DNA from: Alloascoidea hylecoeti
Lineage: Eukaryota
Length of the DNA stretch: 64,000 nt
Direction: 5' to 3'
Assembly (NCBI GenBank): GCA_001600815.1
Contig: BCKZ01000008.1
Location: forward strand, 434,001-498,000
The number at the start of each line of letters is the position of its first letter. Position 1 is the stretch's first letter. The notes under the pieces were generated by a model that saw only the letters and a list, made by a program, of their open reading frames with translations, made no database searches and was not told the DNA's origin. A program made the position numbers and the translations under genes. Shown here one piece after another: positions 10,410-22,782 of the stretch.

Positions 10410-11602
10410 CCTGATTGAATGAAAGATATATTAAACTAACTCTAGCGGAACTATACAACAGATACTATATATCCAGAATATCAAGTATCAGATAACACTT
10501 CTTCCATATCTTCTGCTTCATGGGTCTAACACCAAACCAAACTGAAAGCAATCTCTACAGAAGTCGTAAGAATATTCTTCTAGCTTTTGGATTCATGACA
10601 CTTAGCAGATCTCAAAAAGTCAGTCTTATAAGATGGTCAAGATCAGCTTTGGACTTACCAAATTGCAATTGAAACTAAATCTGTCACTAGGGATGTAACC
10701 AATACAATTCTTCATTAAGTGGAATCACTATATTTCTTTACTCCATAACGAATAATTTCGTACTTTATTAAACGGATGTGATTGAAATTTATACATACCT
10801 AATTAAAATGATATAACACAACACTCCTGTATGATAAATACAATAACAGTACAATACAACTATATAATTTATTCTCATCTTAATAAACAAAATTTAAAAA
10901 AATAAAAAATAATAAAATAATAAAATAATAAAATAATAAAAAAATAAAAATAAAATATAAAATATAATATATAATATATAATATAAAAAATTTATCCCTT
11001 TAAGTCCATATAACCACATCATCATAAATTTACCCGATGATTTAATCAACCATTTCAAATAATAAAGATAATGATAGAAATAAAATATAAGTTTAAATAA
11101 AAGATAGTTAAAAAAGCCGTTGACAAACCAGCTGTATTGAACGAGGGAGTGAATTTGATTTTATTTGTAACTGTGTTTCAAAAAAAGGACCTGTATTAAA
11201 ACAAAATAAAATGTATTACATTCATCATTCATTCATAGCTATAGCTATATATTTGTAACATCCTCCATTTTTGTAAATATAACCGTTTAATTATCAATTT
11301 ATCTTTTAATTCAATGTATGATGTAATATAACGTAATATAATAGAATATTTCAACCAACCAATCAAATTAAATGATATAAGAATAATAGCGAATGATAAG
11401 CTTTTAAAATAATTGTTGTGTATAAACGATTTCAAACACATATATGAATAGATATGAAAAAGAAAGTAAATTTAAATAAATAACGACCGGTATTTCAAAT
11501 CCAAAGTGTAAAAAAAAAAAGTTTAAATCCATGATTTTATAGGCATGTATGTGATAGCCAAAATAAAGATGGGGGATATGTATAATTCAATAACAATTGA
11601 GT

Positions 11603-13171
11603 TTAATAAGTATAAGGAGGTGGAAGAGAAGGTAATGGTAAACCATTATTACTCATAATTCTAATACCTTGAGATATTGTAAATTTATTATTATTGTGAT
11701 TGTGATTGTTATTGTTGGTACAATAATTATTTGATTTTTCTTTATTTTCATAAACTGATGAGTGTAATTGAGAATTTTGTAATTGTAAATTAAATACTTG
11801 TTCTTGTACTTTTTCATGAATTGGTGGTAATATTGATTGATTATTATATGGTTGATTTGAAAAAATCATCATTTCATCTTGTAATTTTGTTGGAATTTTT
11901 AAAATCACTTGATTATTACTAATGTTTTCATTTTGTTTAATTGGTTTAGAGTTTACTGTTATACTTGTTTCATTTATTGGTATTAACATTGATGATGCTT
12001 GTATTGTTGTAGAATTTGACTGTGAATTCATACTATTTGAACTAGTAGATGACTCTAGACTTGATTTTGATTTTGAATGCTTTAAATTAATAACTCTTCT
12101 TTTTGGCTTTTTCTCTTTTTTATTTGAAGAATTTGTTCTATAATAATTACGTGATTGAATTTTAACTATATCTTCAAAGCATTTTTCAATTCCATAAAGT
12201 TGTGAACCAGTTATTATACTTTCTTTATCATTTCCATTCCCATTATTAATTGATTCATTATTATTATTATTAACAGGTGTTAAAAATTTATTAATTTTAA
12301 AATCCAAATTATTATTAATTAATAAATGTTTATTAAATTTATCAATATTTGATCTATTAACAACATCTTTTATATTTGGAGTAAATAATGATAATGTTCT
12401 ATTACTTGCCATAATAGTCTGCATTTTTAGTAAATTTGTTGAATTTAATGATGATATATCATATTCATTAATAAAATCATTTTGTGTTTGTAATTGTTGT
12501 TGATTTTTAAAATCATCATCTTGAATTTGTAATAAATGATCATGAAGATTAATTATACCACCATTTGTTGTATATTTTTGACTTAATCGATGTAAAATTG
12601 TTGGTAAGACATCCCTAAATAAATTTCTAATTTGTTTTTCAATTTCAGATTGTAAAAAATTGGCTAAGAATGGAATCATATCAAATGTTGAACTAACTTT
12701 TATAGATTCCAAAGGATCATTTTTAAAAACTAATGTTAAGCCTTTTGTTTTATTGAAAACTGCAACTGTTATTGCAGACATTTTAATATTTGAAAGTGTT
12801 AAATTTAATGGGATTGCTAAAGGAGCAGAAGAAAGAATAAATTCAGGCATAATTAAATTTGAATCATTATTCATAAAATTTGTCTTTTCATAAATATTTA
12901 AAGGATTTGCTTGAACTTTTGTATGTAGTGTGATTTCAGCATCCCCATCATAAGTAAATTTAAATATTCCTCTAAATCTGTCAGAGGCACATTCTCCAAT
13001 TTCCAAGATTTCAAGATCCGGGCATGATGAGCCCAAATCCAAATGAAGGACGGATATTCGGGAGGCGAGAATCGGAATTTCCTTGGAGTTCAACGCTGAC
13101 GTTAAAAGTTCGCTGACCCAACTTGTGAAACGATGTTCTTCAACCGACGTCCAGTTCAGTTTAACTGACAT
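11603..13171 (-). CDS. MDM34: ERMES subunit Mdm34 (SMP domain)
   Basis: N-terminal LEILEIGE..SDRFRGIFKFTYDGDA..TLHTKVQANPL, GLTLVFKNDPLESIKVSSTFD; C-terminal PPPY motif. Confidence 0.93.
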   Translation of the reverse strand: MSVKLNWTSVEEHRFTSWVSELLTSALNSKEIPILASRISVLHLDLGSSCPDLEILEIGECASDRFRGIFKFTYDGDAEITLHTKVQANPLNIYEKTNFMNNDSNLIMPEFILSSAPLAIPLNLTLSNIKMSAITVAVFNKTKGLTLVFKNDPLESIKVSSTFDMIPFLANFLQSEIEKQIRNLFRDVLPTILHRLSQKYTTNGGIINLHDHLLQIQDDDFKNQQQLQTQNDFINEYDISSLNSTNLLKMQTIMASNRTLSLFTPNIKDVVNRSNIDKFNKHLLINNNLDFKINKFLTPVNNNNNESINNGNGNDKESIITGSQLYGIEKCFEDIVKIQSRNYYRTNSSNKKEKKPKRRVINLKHSKSKSSLESSTSSNSMNSQSNSTTIQASSMLIPINETSITVNSKPIKQNENISNNQVILKIPTKLQDEMMIFSNQPYNNQSILPPIHEKVQEQVFNLQLQNSQLHSSVYENKEKSNNYCTNNNNHNHNNNKFTISQGIRIMSNNGLPLPSLPPPYTY

Positions 13172-13394
13172 TTTGTTTTATATTTCTTTATTTTTTTTTT
13201 TATGGAGAAGTAAAAAACAAAATATATACCAGAAATGATGTTACATCCGTACACCCATGCCGCAAATACAAATAGATAACATGATGGAGTATAGTCAAAA
13301 TTGGCACGCTACATAGTAGTATTCACATTTTAGATAATATTATTCGCACTCTCTGGATAGCATTATTCGCACTGTAGCTATATACATTATTCTA

Positions 13395-14867
13395 CTACGC
13401 ATTCGGCCACCAATATGGTATGTATCCTTTAACCCCAACTTTTTCCGATTGTCCATTGTTTACATTTGGAACTTCAATTTTGAATCTTATTCCCGGAACA
13501 GAAAACTTCTCAAGTCTCACTAATCCAAGACCAATGTCCCCATGTTTAGCAATAACTATACCAACAGATGTGTTTGATTTTCTACGACGTTTAACCGGTC
13601 TTGAAGATCCAAAAGGAGACGGTGTCTGCTCTGGAGTTATAACTGATTCTAGTTCGTCTTCTGGTTCTTTTAATGAAGCGTCTTCATCAATTAGAATTTT
13701 TTCTCCTGTAACTATATCACTGATTTTTTCAGCAATTGGACTATGTTCATGATATTCTAAATTCAATTCATCAACATTATCATCTAATGCGGTTTTTGTT
13801 TCTGAATCTGAATTTGAAGGGATTTGATAAAATAGAAGTGGAATTATTCTTTTTCTAACAACACCTGTATGATGAGTTCTAATTGTTAATTCTTGACCAA
13901 TATAACAACCTTTATTAAAATTTATTGCGTCCAAATAATCAAAACACATTTCCATTGGGAAATAATTTAATGGAATTAATTCATTAATACCTTCTGGAAT
14001 ACCTTCTAAATATCTTCGAATTTTATAAGTTATTGATGTTGATTGATCTTTATAAGAATTTAAAATTTCTTTTAATAAATTAATTTCTTCTTCGGATTTA
14101 TCAGTAAGTTGTGAGATTTTAGATTCTAAATATAAAAATAATTCATTTGAGGTTTTTTTGGTTAGGATTTTAATACCGAATGCTATTGCTCTATCATCAA
14201 TTGAAATACCATTAATGATATTTTGATTTTGATCTTCTTTATTTATAATATCTTTCATTATAAATTCAATAAATTTGGAATTTGCACCTTCCATTTCATC
14301 ATTATAAAGATAAAGGGTTTTTAAAGTTCCTTCATTTTCTTGTTCATTTTCTTGTTCTTTTTTAATATCATTCTCATTTGGTATTCGTTTAATATTAACT
14401 TTTGATCTCAATTTATGTAATTTTAAAACACTTAATAAATTTGAACAAATACCTGAATCAATTTCAATAAAATATTCTTTTAAATCCATATCATTATTAG
14501 AATTCTTAACATTTGGATAAATAAAAGAATCACATAATAATTTCCCCTTTGCATTTAAAAAAGCAGTGAAAAAGCCCATTTTACTTTCATTTTCTGTTCC
14601 ATTAATATCTTCAAATTCTAATTGTGGTTCAAAAGGTACTTTATTTGTAATTAGTCCATTTAAAAATTTAGTTGAATCTATTCCATTAATTGAAATTAAT
14701 GATTTGTTTGATAAAATTAAATGACCTGAATCTAATTGATAATCATTATTTTGAATTAATGATGTTGAGAAATATTTAAAATTAACATTGAATTTCTTTA
14801 AATTCTGATATGTACTATGAAATATATTACCATGATGTTTCAATACTTGAGGAATTACTTTTAACAT
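13395..14867 (-). CDS. IBA57: Mitochondrial Fe-S maturation factor Iba57/Caf17 (YgfZ/GcvT family)
   Basis: Signature KGCYIGQELTIRTHHTGVVRKR; D..KFLNGLITN; FLNAKGK; C-terminal PYWWP. First ATG at 14867. Confidence 0.93.
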   Translation of the reverse strand: MLKVIPQVLKHHGNIFHSTYQNLKKFNVNFKYFSTSLIQNNDYQLDSGHLILSNKSLISINGIDSTKFLNGLITNKVPFEPQLEFEDINGTENESKMGFFTAFLNAKGKLLCDSFIYPNVKNSNNDMDLKEYFIEIDSGICSNLLSVLKLHKLRSKVNIKRIPNENDIKKEQENEQENEGTLKTLYLYNDEMEGANSKFIEFIMKDIINKEDQNQNIINGISIDDRAIAFGIKILTKKTSNELFLYLESKISQLTDKSEEEINLLKEILNSYKDQSTSITYKIRRYLEGIPEGINELIPLNYFPMEMCFDYLDAINFNKGCYIGQELTIRTHHTGVVRKRIIPLLFYQIPSNSDSETKTALDDNVDELNLEYHEHSPIAEKISDIVTGEKILIDEDASLKEPEDELESVITPEQTPSPFGSSRPVKRRRKSNTSVGIVIAKHGDIGLGLVRLEKFSVPGIRFKIEVPNVNNGQSEKVGVKGYIPYWWPNA

Positions 14868-15649
14868 AATCTTTTCAATATACCATGAAGTATTATTGAT
14901 GTGATAAGCGCAGAACACAAACACAAACTCATATTGATGTGCTGAATATTACACACAGTATATTAATTACACGCATGTTGTATGTATAGTGAAATACTTT
15001 TGAATGAACTTCACTTTTCTTTGGATTTTTCTACATTTGTGGGGTAAATGTACTAAATATACACTATTAATGTGAAATTTGCTTTTTATAAAAGTTAATT
15101 ATAAAATTTCCGTAAATATTGGAGTTGTTTAGGAATTAAACTAGTGCCGTTGAAGAACTATGTTCCCCTCAACTCAAATCTTTGAATTTGTTATTTATTT
15201 ATTCGTTTATTCGTTGATTTATATTCATTTACTTATTCAGCTATTCATTTATTTGATCATTCATATTTATATATTTATTTATATGTAGATTTATTTATTT
15301 GTTTAGTTACGTATTTATTTATGGATGGTAGAAAGTCATTTTCAATATTTATCTCCACATATTAAATTTTAGTCCATTGGCAAATCTTAACATTTGAGCT
15401 TAACGTGATAAATAGATCTAAATACAATATAGGTACGACTAACTTAAATAGCAAACTAATTCTTCTAGATAACACATTTTGATTGTGTATATAATCTAAT
15501 AAAATCCACGGGGACAACTATTGTTACATTTTTTCTTTTTATTTTTCTTTTGCCCTTTTAACTTCCTTCCAACGCCAAAAATAATCTAAAAATATAAATA
15601 TACAGCAATAAATACAACAATATACAGATAAATATACATATAATAAAGA

Positions 15650-17950
15650 ATGGTTACGCAAAACTCTACTTTGGCCGAAGCACCAGGTCATATTACTACC
15701 TTAACACCAGAAGAGACTCTCAAATTAAAAGAACTTTGGGCTCAAATCTTACATTATTGGAATGTTCAAGAAACAGATATTGAAGATGATACAAATAGTA
15801 TATCTGGGTGTTCCCAGAATACAGAAACTTCTTCAAATGTCAGCGGGAATGGAGTAATTCGTGAAATTTTAGATGAAATGGGTAGTTTACGTCTTGTTGA
15901 TACTGAAGGTATTGAATTTGTCGATGCTGATGATAATGTTTCAATTTCTAATAGTTACAATAATGACCTCGGAGTAAACGGAATAAATGGAAATGGGAAT
16001 GTAAATGGAAATGGAAATGATAATTATGAGCCTCCGAAAATTACTTTGGAAACAGAGTCGGGCGATGACTCGGCAATGAGTGTTACATCTAGAAATGATC
16101 CATCTTCACAATCTTCAACATCAATACAAAATTCAAATGTATATACTAATAGGAATTTGAATAGATCAATTTCTTCTATATCCTCTAGGTTTAAAAAGAA
16201 ACTTTCAAGACATAAACATAAACATAAGCATCATCATTCAACACAAGAAGACGGGAGCTTAACTGTTAATTCAAATACAACTGAAAATAGTAATGGAAAT
16301 AAGAAAAAAAAGAAGTCTTTTTATGATTCTATTAAACCATTATTACCAACCTCAAATAGCAATGGAGTTTTCTCAAGCAAAGGAAACAATCATCATCATC
16401 ATTCAAAAGGAAAAAAAGAAAGAAAAACAAGTTTCAAATCTCTTACATCCCTTTCAAAATCAAGAAAACGTCATGATTCAATTGCTGAAGAGAAAACTCC
16501 ACCACCTCAACCTACGTCACCTCCACCTCCACCACCGGCGTCACTGAATCCATTATCTATAGTTACCAAACTCCAGTCTAATGAACAACCAACTGTTCCG
16601 ATAACACCGGTTGATGATAATGCCAAGAAGGTTGAGAATGGGAATTCCGTTGTTGTGTCTACTGTTGAAACATCGCCTGTTTCCCCATCACCATCATCAT
16701 CATTACCAAATGATAAACAAGAATCTATTAAATCTGCCGATTCTCCAGCATCGCATTATTCTCATCATTCATCTATTTCACGTAGAAGATCTCATTCAAT
16801 TTCAATAGCTTCGCTTAATGATCCAAGAGTTAATCCAATAACAACACAAAAATTTGAAAATGATCCAACACCCCCAAAAATTGCAAAAAGAAATGGTAAT
16901 AAATATGATGTTGGATTTTTAGATTCTTATGTTTCTGATTTGCCACCAGAAGAATATAAATCTGCTTTATTATCAATGCTTAGAGCTGATTTACCTGATA
17001 ATTTATTACTTCGATATTTAAGAGCACGAAAATGGAATGTTGAAAATGCATTAGTTATGATTACTTCAACAATGAGATGGAGATCAAAAGAAATGCACTG
17101 TGAAGAAATTTTAAAACAAGGTGAAGAATTTGCATTAAAAAGAAATAATAAAGATGATCAAGGTTTTATTCAACAAATTATTAGTGGTAAATGTTATGTT
17201 AATGGTAAAGACACAAAAGGACGTTCAATTGTTGTAGTTAATACAAAATTACATAAACCTTCTGCGCAAACAAATGAAGCAATGTGTAGATTTATTGTTT
17301 ATATTATTGAACATACAAGATTATTTTTACAAGAACCTTCTGATTCAGCAACTATTTTATTTAATTTAAGTGGATTTTCATTAAGTAATATGGATTATGA
17401 ACCAGTCAAATTTATAATATCTGCATTTGAAGCACATTATCCTGAATGTTTAGGATTTTTATTAATTCATAAAGCACCTTGGATTTTCCAAGGTATTTGG
17501 AGAATTATAAAACAATGGTTAGATCCTGTTGTTGCTTCAAAAATTACATTTACAAATAATATAAATGATTTAACAAAATTTATACCAAAAGATTCATTAC
17601 CAAAAGATTTAGGTGGCTCATCAACATTTGAATATAAGTATATTGAATCTAAAAAAGGTGAAAATTTTAAACAAGATTTATCAATTAAAGAAAATAGTGA
17701 AAAATTTAATGAATTAATGATTGAAAGAAAAAATTTATATGAAAAATTTATTCAAATTACTTTAAAATGGATTAATTGTGAAGATGATGAATTAACAAAA
17801 ACAATTTTTTATAAAAAATTACAATATGGAAAATTATTAGCAAAAAACTATGTTGATTTAGATCCTTATTTAAGAGCAAGAACTATATTTGATAGATTAG
17901 GGACGTTGAAATTGGATGTTGTTGATATTGATGAATATTATAAACCTTAA
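15650..17950 (+). CDS. CSR1: CRAL-TRIO/Sec14-family lipid transfer protein, Csr1/Sfh2-like, with a long low-complexity insertion
   Basis: PDNLLLRYLRARKWNV, FSLSNMDYEPVKF..FEAHYPECLG..IHKAPWIF..IW.IIK.WLDPVVASKI, LDPYLRART. Confidence 0.85.
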   Translation: MVTQNSTLAEAPGHITTLTPEETLKLKELWAQILHYWNVQETDIEDDTNSISGCSQNTETSSNVSGNGVIREILDEMGSLRLVDTEGIEFVDADDNVSISNSYNNDLGVNGINGNGNVNGNGNDNYEPPKITLETESGDDSAMSVTSRNDPSSQSSTSIQNSNVYTNRNLNRSISSISSRFKKKLSRHKHKHKHHHSTQEDGSLTVNSNTTENSNGNKKKKKSFYDSIKPLLPTSNSNGVFSSKGNNHHHHSKGKKERKTSFKSLTSLSKSRKRHDSIAEEKTPPPQPTSPPPPPPASLNPLSIVTKLQSNEQPTVPITPVDDNAKKVENGNSVVVSTVETSPVSPSPSSSLPNDKQESIKSADSPASHYSHHSSISRRRSHSISIASLNDPRVNPITTQKFENDPTPPKIAKRNGNKYDVGFLDSYVSDLPPEEYKSALLSMLRADLPDNLLLRYLRARKWNVENALVMITSTMRWRSKEMHCEEILKQGEEFALKRNNKDDQGFIQQIISGKCYVNGKDTKGRSIVVVNTKLHKPSAQTNEAMCRFIVYIIEHTRLFLQEPSDSATILFNLSGFSLSNMDYEPVKFIISAFEAHYPECLGFLLIHKAPWIFQGIWRIIKQWLDPVVASKITFTNNINDLTKFIPKDSLPKDLGGSSTFEYKYIESKKGENFKQDLSIKENSEKFNELMIERKNLYEKFIQITLKWINCEDDELTKTIFYKKLQYGKLLAKNYVDLDPYLRARTIFDRLGTLKLDVVDIDEYYKP

Positions 17951-18760
17951 TTTGTCTCATCTTAAATTATTGTTGTTTATCATTATCTTGAAGAATGAAT
18001 TATATAATATATAATATATAGAGAGGCGTATATTTCGTTTGTGTTTTATTGTTAAAAAGTTCAATGTTTTGAAGTTAATATTGTTATTTATATATAATTA
18101 AAAGGTTTAATACAGTCATTCGACTTAATTTCGCCCATGTGGGGGTAGTAATAATTAGTCATGACTAAATATGACGACTAGTGTCAAGGCTAAGCCTCTG
18201 TCTGAAATTTGGCGAGAGCGATTTCCACATTGACATTCCATCTCCATACTTGTGTATTACTATGGACTAACATTATCTTACCTGAGCCTGGTTTAGTACA
18301 TTACGTGGCAAATTATTTTTCAAATCAGTTCAAAAGATGGACCGAAATTAAGTGGAATTCGCTTATCCGCTATTTACGTAATCACATTGTTTACAAATTC
18401 AGTGAATCCATTACATCTACATGTATTAATTATTACCAAATACACATACATTAGTGATAGGCTATAAGCTTATAGGTCTATATGTAATCATGTATTGCTT
18501 GCTTACATAGCTGTGAAGTGAAACTACCTAGGTCTTACATAAAGAGGTTGGAGTACGATGTTTTCGTATTTTATATAGCTTTTATCATATTGCATCACTT
18601 TGTTTTGAAGAAGTTCTGTAATTATGTTAGCTCCTCTAACTAGACAGCTCCAAAAATAAGTTTGGATATATCTTTGTTGCTTGTAATATGTACAAACATG
18701 TACACAAAAGTAATTGCTTTTTTAAACCACAAACACAAAATAAAAAAAGATCGCTTATTT

Positions 18761-18869
18761 TGGAAGCACCACGTATGGTCTCCCTCTACTCGATGTGGCT
18801 CTTAGCAGCTTAACTAACTTACTGTTGATCAGACGGGAAACGATACTTTCTGCTAGATATAGCCGTACC
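18761..18869 (-). pseudogene. 5S rRNA pseudogene (dispersed copy)
   Basis: Minus strand GGTACGGCTATATCTAGCAGAAAGTATCGTTTCCCGTCTGATCAACAG...AGTTAAGCTGCTAAGAGCC..CGAGTAG.GGGAGACCATACG.GGTGCT aligns to yeast 5S, with two short deletions in the 3' half. A T7 run follows at ~18742-18748. Confidence 0.85.
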
Positions 18870-18879
18870 CGAAATATGC

Positions 18880-19300
18880 TGTTTTTCAGTCAAACATCCT
18901 TCTCCAAAGTGTTTTCAAAATTCTTCAAGATAATTACAACAGAAGATTGGAACTATTTTGCAGTCGAATAAATAACAATTCGTAAGCAGAGTGGAACGGC
19001 AGCTGAGATTAAATGTTTATTTTATCGGAGCATCACCCATGCTGAAACTGGTAATGTGACATACTGTCCTTTTTACGTAGGCCTTATATTGTATCCAATC
19101 CTGCCATCATTATATTTTTCAAAGGTTTCATCTTCTGTAATCGACATAATTTTACGCTCCTTCAACTAATTAAACACACCGGCCAGTTTTTTCCAACTGT
19201 GAGAGGCGGGTCAAGATCTAAAGGATTTTGAGAGCCATCAGCAGACCAAGCATCATTAGCAGCTCATAATTTGATATTATACGATCTGGAAATAAATAAA
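18880..19300 (-). mobile_element. Degenerate pogo/Fot1-like transposase fragment
   Basis: PPLTVGKNWP (the VGKNW motif of the CENP-B-like HTH) followed downstream by TSFSMG (cf. DETGFxMG); many stops. Confidence 0.5.
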
Positions 19301-19730
19301 AAGCATTTTTCTTATATTGATATTGGTAATCAGAAGTCGGTGAGATGGTAAAAGCATTTGTTATAGTGAATTAAACTACATAATCTTGTACATACAGCTA
19401 TCACGGTATGAGACCATTTTGATTTTAAATTGCTCGATCTGGGTAAGGTAGAGATGATAGATGTGAAATTACCACCTGTGGGTAATTCTGGTTATCTTGG
19501 ACCTTACTTTCCATCTAATGGTGCTTCTGGTGGACATGTTACCGCTGCTGCTTCATGTGATGCATAGTTTATATTATCATCAGGAGACAGACTTTTTATA
19601 CCTAATTAGTGGTGGCCGTACTTCATATATCACTACTATAGCTATTGAATAAACTAATTATCACTAAATTGAAGAAGGATATTCTAATATACATCGGGTT
19701 CTGAAGATTGAAAGTAATGGCATAATAAAA

Positions 19731-20040
19731 TCAACAAACCCATTTATTTGGAAACCATCTTGTATAAAATGTTAAATCTGAATTATGATATTCACCATCT
19801 AAATTACTTGCCTTTCTTGGGAATTGTTGATAAAATGATTCTCTTTTATATGAAACTGCTGTTCCAGTACCACCAACTCTCCAAACAGTTTCAAAATCAT
19901 CATCATCTTTTGAAAAAATTGAAAAAGATTTTTTACCCCGATATGTTGCTTTTGATTCTAATTTATTGTGTAATTGTATTAATGTTTGATTATCTTGTTT
20001 ATCTTTGGCCAAGTCTTCTTCTTCGGCATTTTCAATAATA
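19731..20040 (-). pseudogene. Unidentified coding-like fragment (~100 codons, no ATG)
   Basis: Open frame NIIENAEEEDLAKDK...VWRVGGTGTAVSYK...DLTFYTRWFPNKWVC* with protein-like composition; no family recognised. Confidence 0.35.
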
Positions 20041-21416
20041 TTTAATTTTTATATCATTCAAAACCTTAGACTCTACGAACATGAATGACTTTAATGTGTC
20101 ATCCTCTAGAGTTACTTAAGATCTGGGAGAATTTCCAAAATTGTGCCTATTCTTAACATAACATAAAATAATGAATTATCCGAAGAAAATGTTTCCATAT
20201 TTACGACGTATGCCACCTAGTGAATGATACACACCGAAGACTTCTTAAATCTACAAAATAATAACTGCAAGATTATCCTGTATCTCATTAAAAATCTTTA
20301 GATTTTTTATAGATAATAAAAAATTTCATTAAATTTTAAAAAATGATTTTGTTTGGTGTTTCTTATGGTGCATATCGATATTGGTGTCTCAATTAAATCT
20401 CAATTACTAATAATTTTTCATTAAAGCTATTGAAGCATGGGCAATGGAGTTCGTTTGGAAATGATTTAATACATATATATTACATTGGTTAGAGAAGTAT
20501 GTTTGAATCATGATTAAATGGTAATCTACTGGACTATATTCTTTTTGATTGGCCATGTTTGATTCCATTTAAAAAAAAAGAACACAGAAGAATAATTAAG
20601 TACCTGGAACCTAACCTCTTTATAAAAATGTATAAACCGAATTATATTATAATAACAAACAATTTGTGAAGTTGCGTTAATCACTCTAGTTGAGCTTATT
20701 TAATAAATTATCGATAGTATGAAACTTTTTCATTTATATCAGCGCTAGCTTACATTCATTTCATATGCCTGTTTCTCCCAGTTAGGCAAAAAGCCAACCG
20801 ACCTTTTGTGAATTGTTCTAATGGTACAATATCCAACACAAAGTAAATGATACATTCTTAAGTATATAACATTTTCAAGCTGAGTAAGAATAGAATATTT
20901 ATAAATGATTGATTACCCTCTTTTTGGTTCTAGAGGTTTTTAATAGGCAATCATGGGGATAGTCCTTTGCTAGAGCACGTTCTAGATATTAATTAATTAC
21001 TTATTGGCTCTTTGGTGTAACTTACAAAGTATTAGAATGGTAAAAGGTAAGATTACTGATTTCTATAAAAAAAAACTGTGATTGACAGATGTTGCACTTT
21101 TTTTAGCTTACTATGATAGGCAGAAAAAGAGAGGAACGGTAATAAGATTTCACCCTAGATATAATTATTAATATAAATGTTAGCTACTCATGATCGCATT
21201 CATAATAATATATGGCCATAATTTATACGAACTACTCAAAACTCTAATTATTTAAAAAATACCAATTATAGAAACTTGTATATTGATACGTCCATTCTTT
21301 TTCCTGTTTACACTTATACGCAGTAATTTTTTTGATTGCTTCTTTCTAAAACACCTGTCACTATGTTGTAATTTTTTATACGTATACTATTGGAATTTAT
21401 ATATTCATTGATAAAT

Positions 21417-22782
21417 ATGTCTGCTCGAAGGATAGAGGATAATAATCATGGTCAGTTTAATGAACTTAACGAGACTAATAAGGACGAAGCTCCAATTACT
21501 GGTCAAAGCTAAAATAATACTGCTCCTGATGTTATAACTAGTATTGTTTCAATTTCAAACAATCAATCTAATTTTCATTTTCCAAAGTCAAATGAAATTA
21601 ATCATTTTGAATATGAACCAGAAGAGAGTACTATCAATATCAACTTGTCATTTCAAAATTTACATATCAATAGCCATAGTGACCATGATAATTATCCAAC
21701 CATTGATCCTACTTGGAAAGATGACACTACTAGTGCTTTAGATGCTAGTAAAGAGGCAGCAATTACAAACGGAAATCAAACGAATAATAATTATGGTATT
21801 ATGAGAGGGAGTGGCAATGAAAACTATTACATTCCTGATCATCTACCTCCTCCATATTCATATCCCCATCTTTATACTGAATCTTTGCCTATTATTGAAA
21901 CTGAAAGCTTAATGTATAGAAGTACAAATCCATTTTTGAATCCATTCAATATACATCCCGATATAAAAAGTGGAGATCATATTGGGGAACAAATTAATTT
22001 ATACAGCCATAATTACAGGATAATTAAAATGAGAGGAAATTATTTTTTTGAAATAATTTCAAACGCTATTTCCACTCAACAGGCTTTTGAAGTTCATTTA
22101 AATGAACACATTTCCCCTGATATTGATGATTATTACTTTAAATTTGAAGAAAGGTCTTTACTAAGGAATGGTCTACCATTGATACCCGAAGACATAAACA
22201 TAACATCGAACAACCATTATGAGAAGTATCGCAAGATGATGAATAAAAATAATGTTATTTATATATTACAACCGGAACCCGGATTCATTATTGAAATATA
22301 GGGTAGGAGGTTCAGCGATGGATGATATGTGTGCTTTAAGTCATTTCAACTTTGATTCGGTTGCAGCAAATGAAAGTGCTACATTGGAGCTATTATTAGC
22401 AACATATTTCTCACTAGTTGGAAATTATTATTTTATTGTTTGTGCATTTTATATTAATATGCTTTCACATAACAGTCTCATTAAGTATTCAAAATATATA
22501 AGAGAACTGGTTTCAGTTCAAGATACTATAGCACTTATCCTATCAGGTAATTTTTCTACCATATCGACAAGATTACTACTACGAGACTTGTTTAAAGAGG
22601 AACCAACAATGTGTTGGTTGGAAACAGAGGATTATGATAATAATTACAATCTAGTACCTTTCAATTATTGTGATCCTATTGTTGATCCAGAAACTTTTCT
22701 TAAATTATATCATGAGAATGAAATAGAAAGGTATGGTACTGATAAAGGTTCATTATTCTATAGTCTCGCTATATATAAATGA
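21417..22782 (+). pseudogene. Orphan gene, full-length but interrupted (TAA at 21510-21512; +1 frame change at ~22243-22301)
   Basis: ATG 21417 is in frame with ORF 21645-22301 apart from one TAA. ORF 22252-22782 overlaps in the +1 frame. PPPY and two NPF motifs present. 21866-22830 is the right arm of the inverted repeat. Confidence 0.75.

Noticed and set aside
19450..19570. Short ORF VKLPPVG...GASGG resembling alcohol dehydrogenase pieces
   Set aside because: Motif spacing does not fit ADH; too short.
6420..21865. Mating-type genes within or beside the inverted repeat
   Set aside because: No homeodomain, HMG-box or alpha-box ORF recognised.
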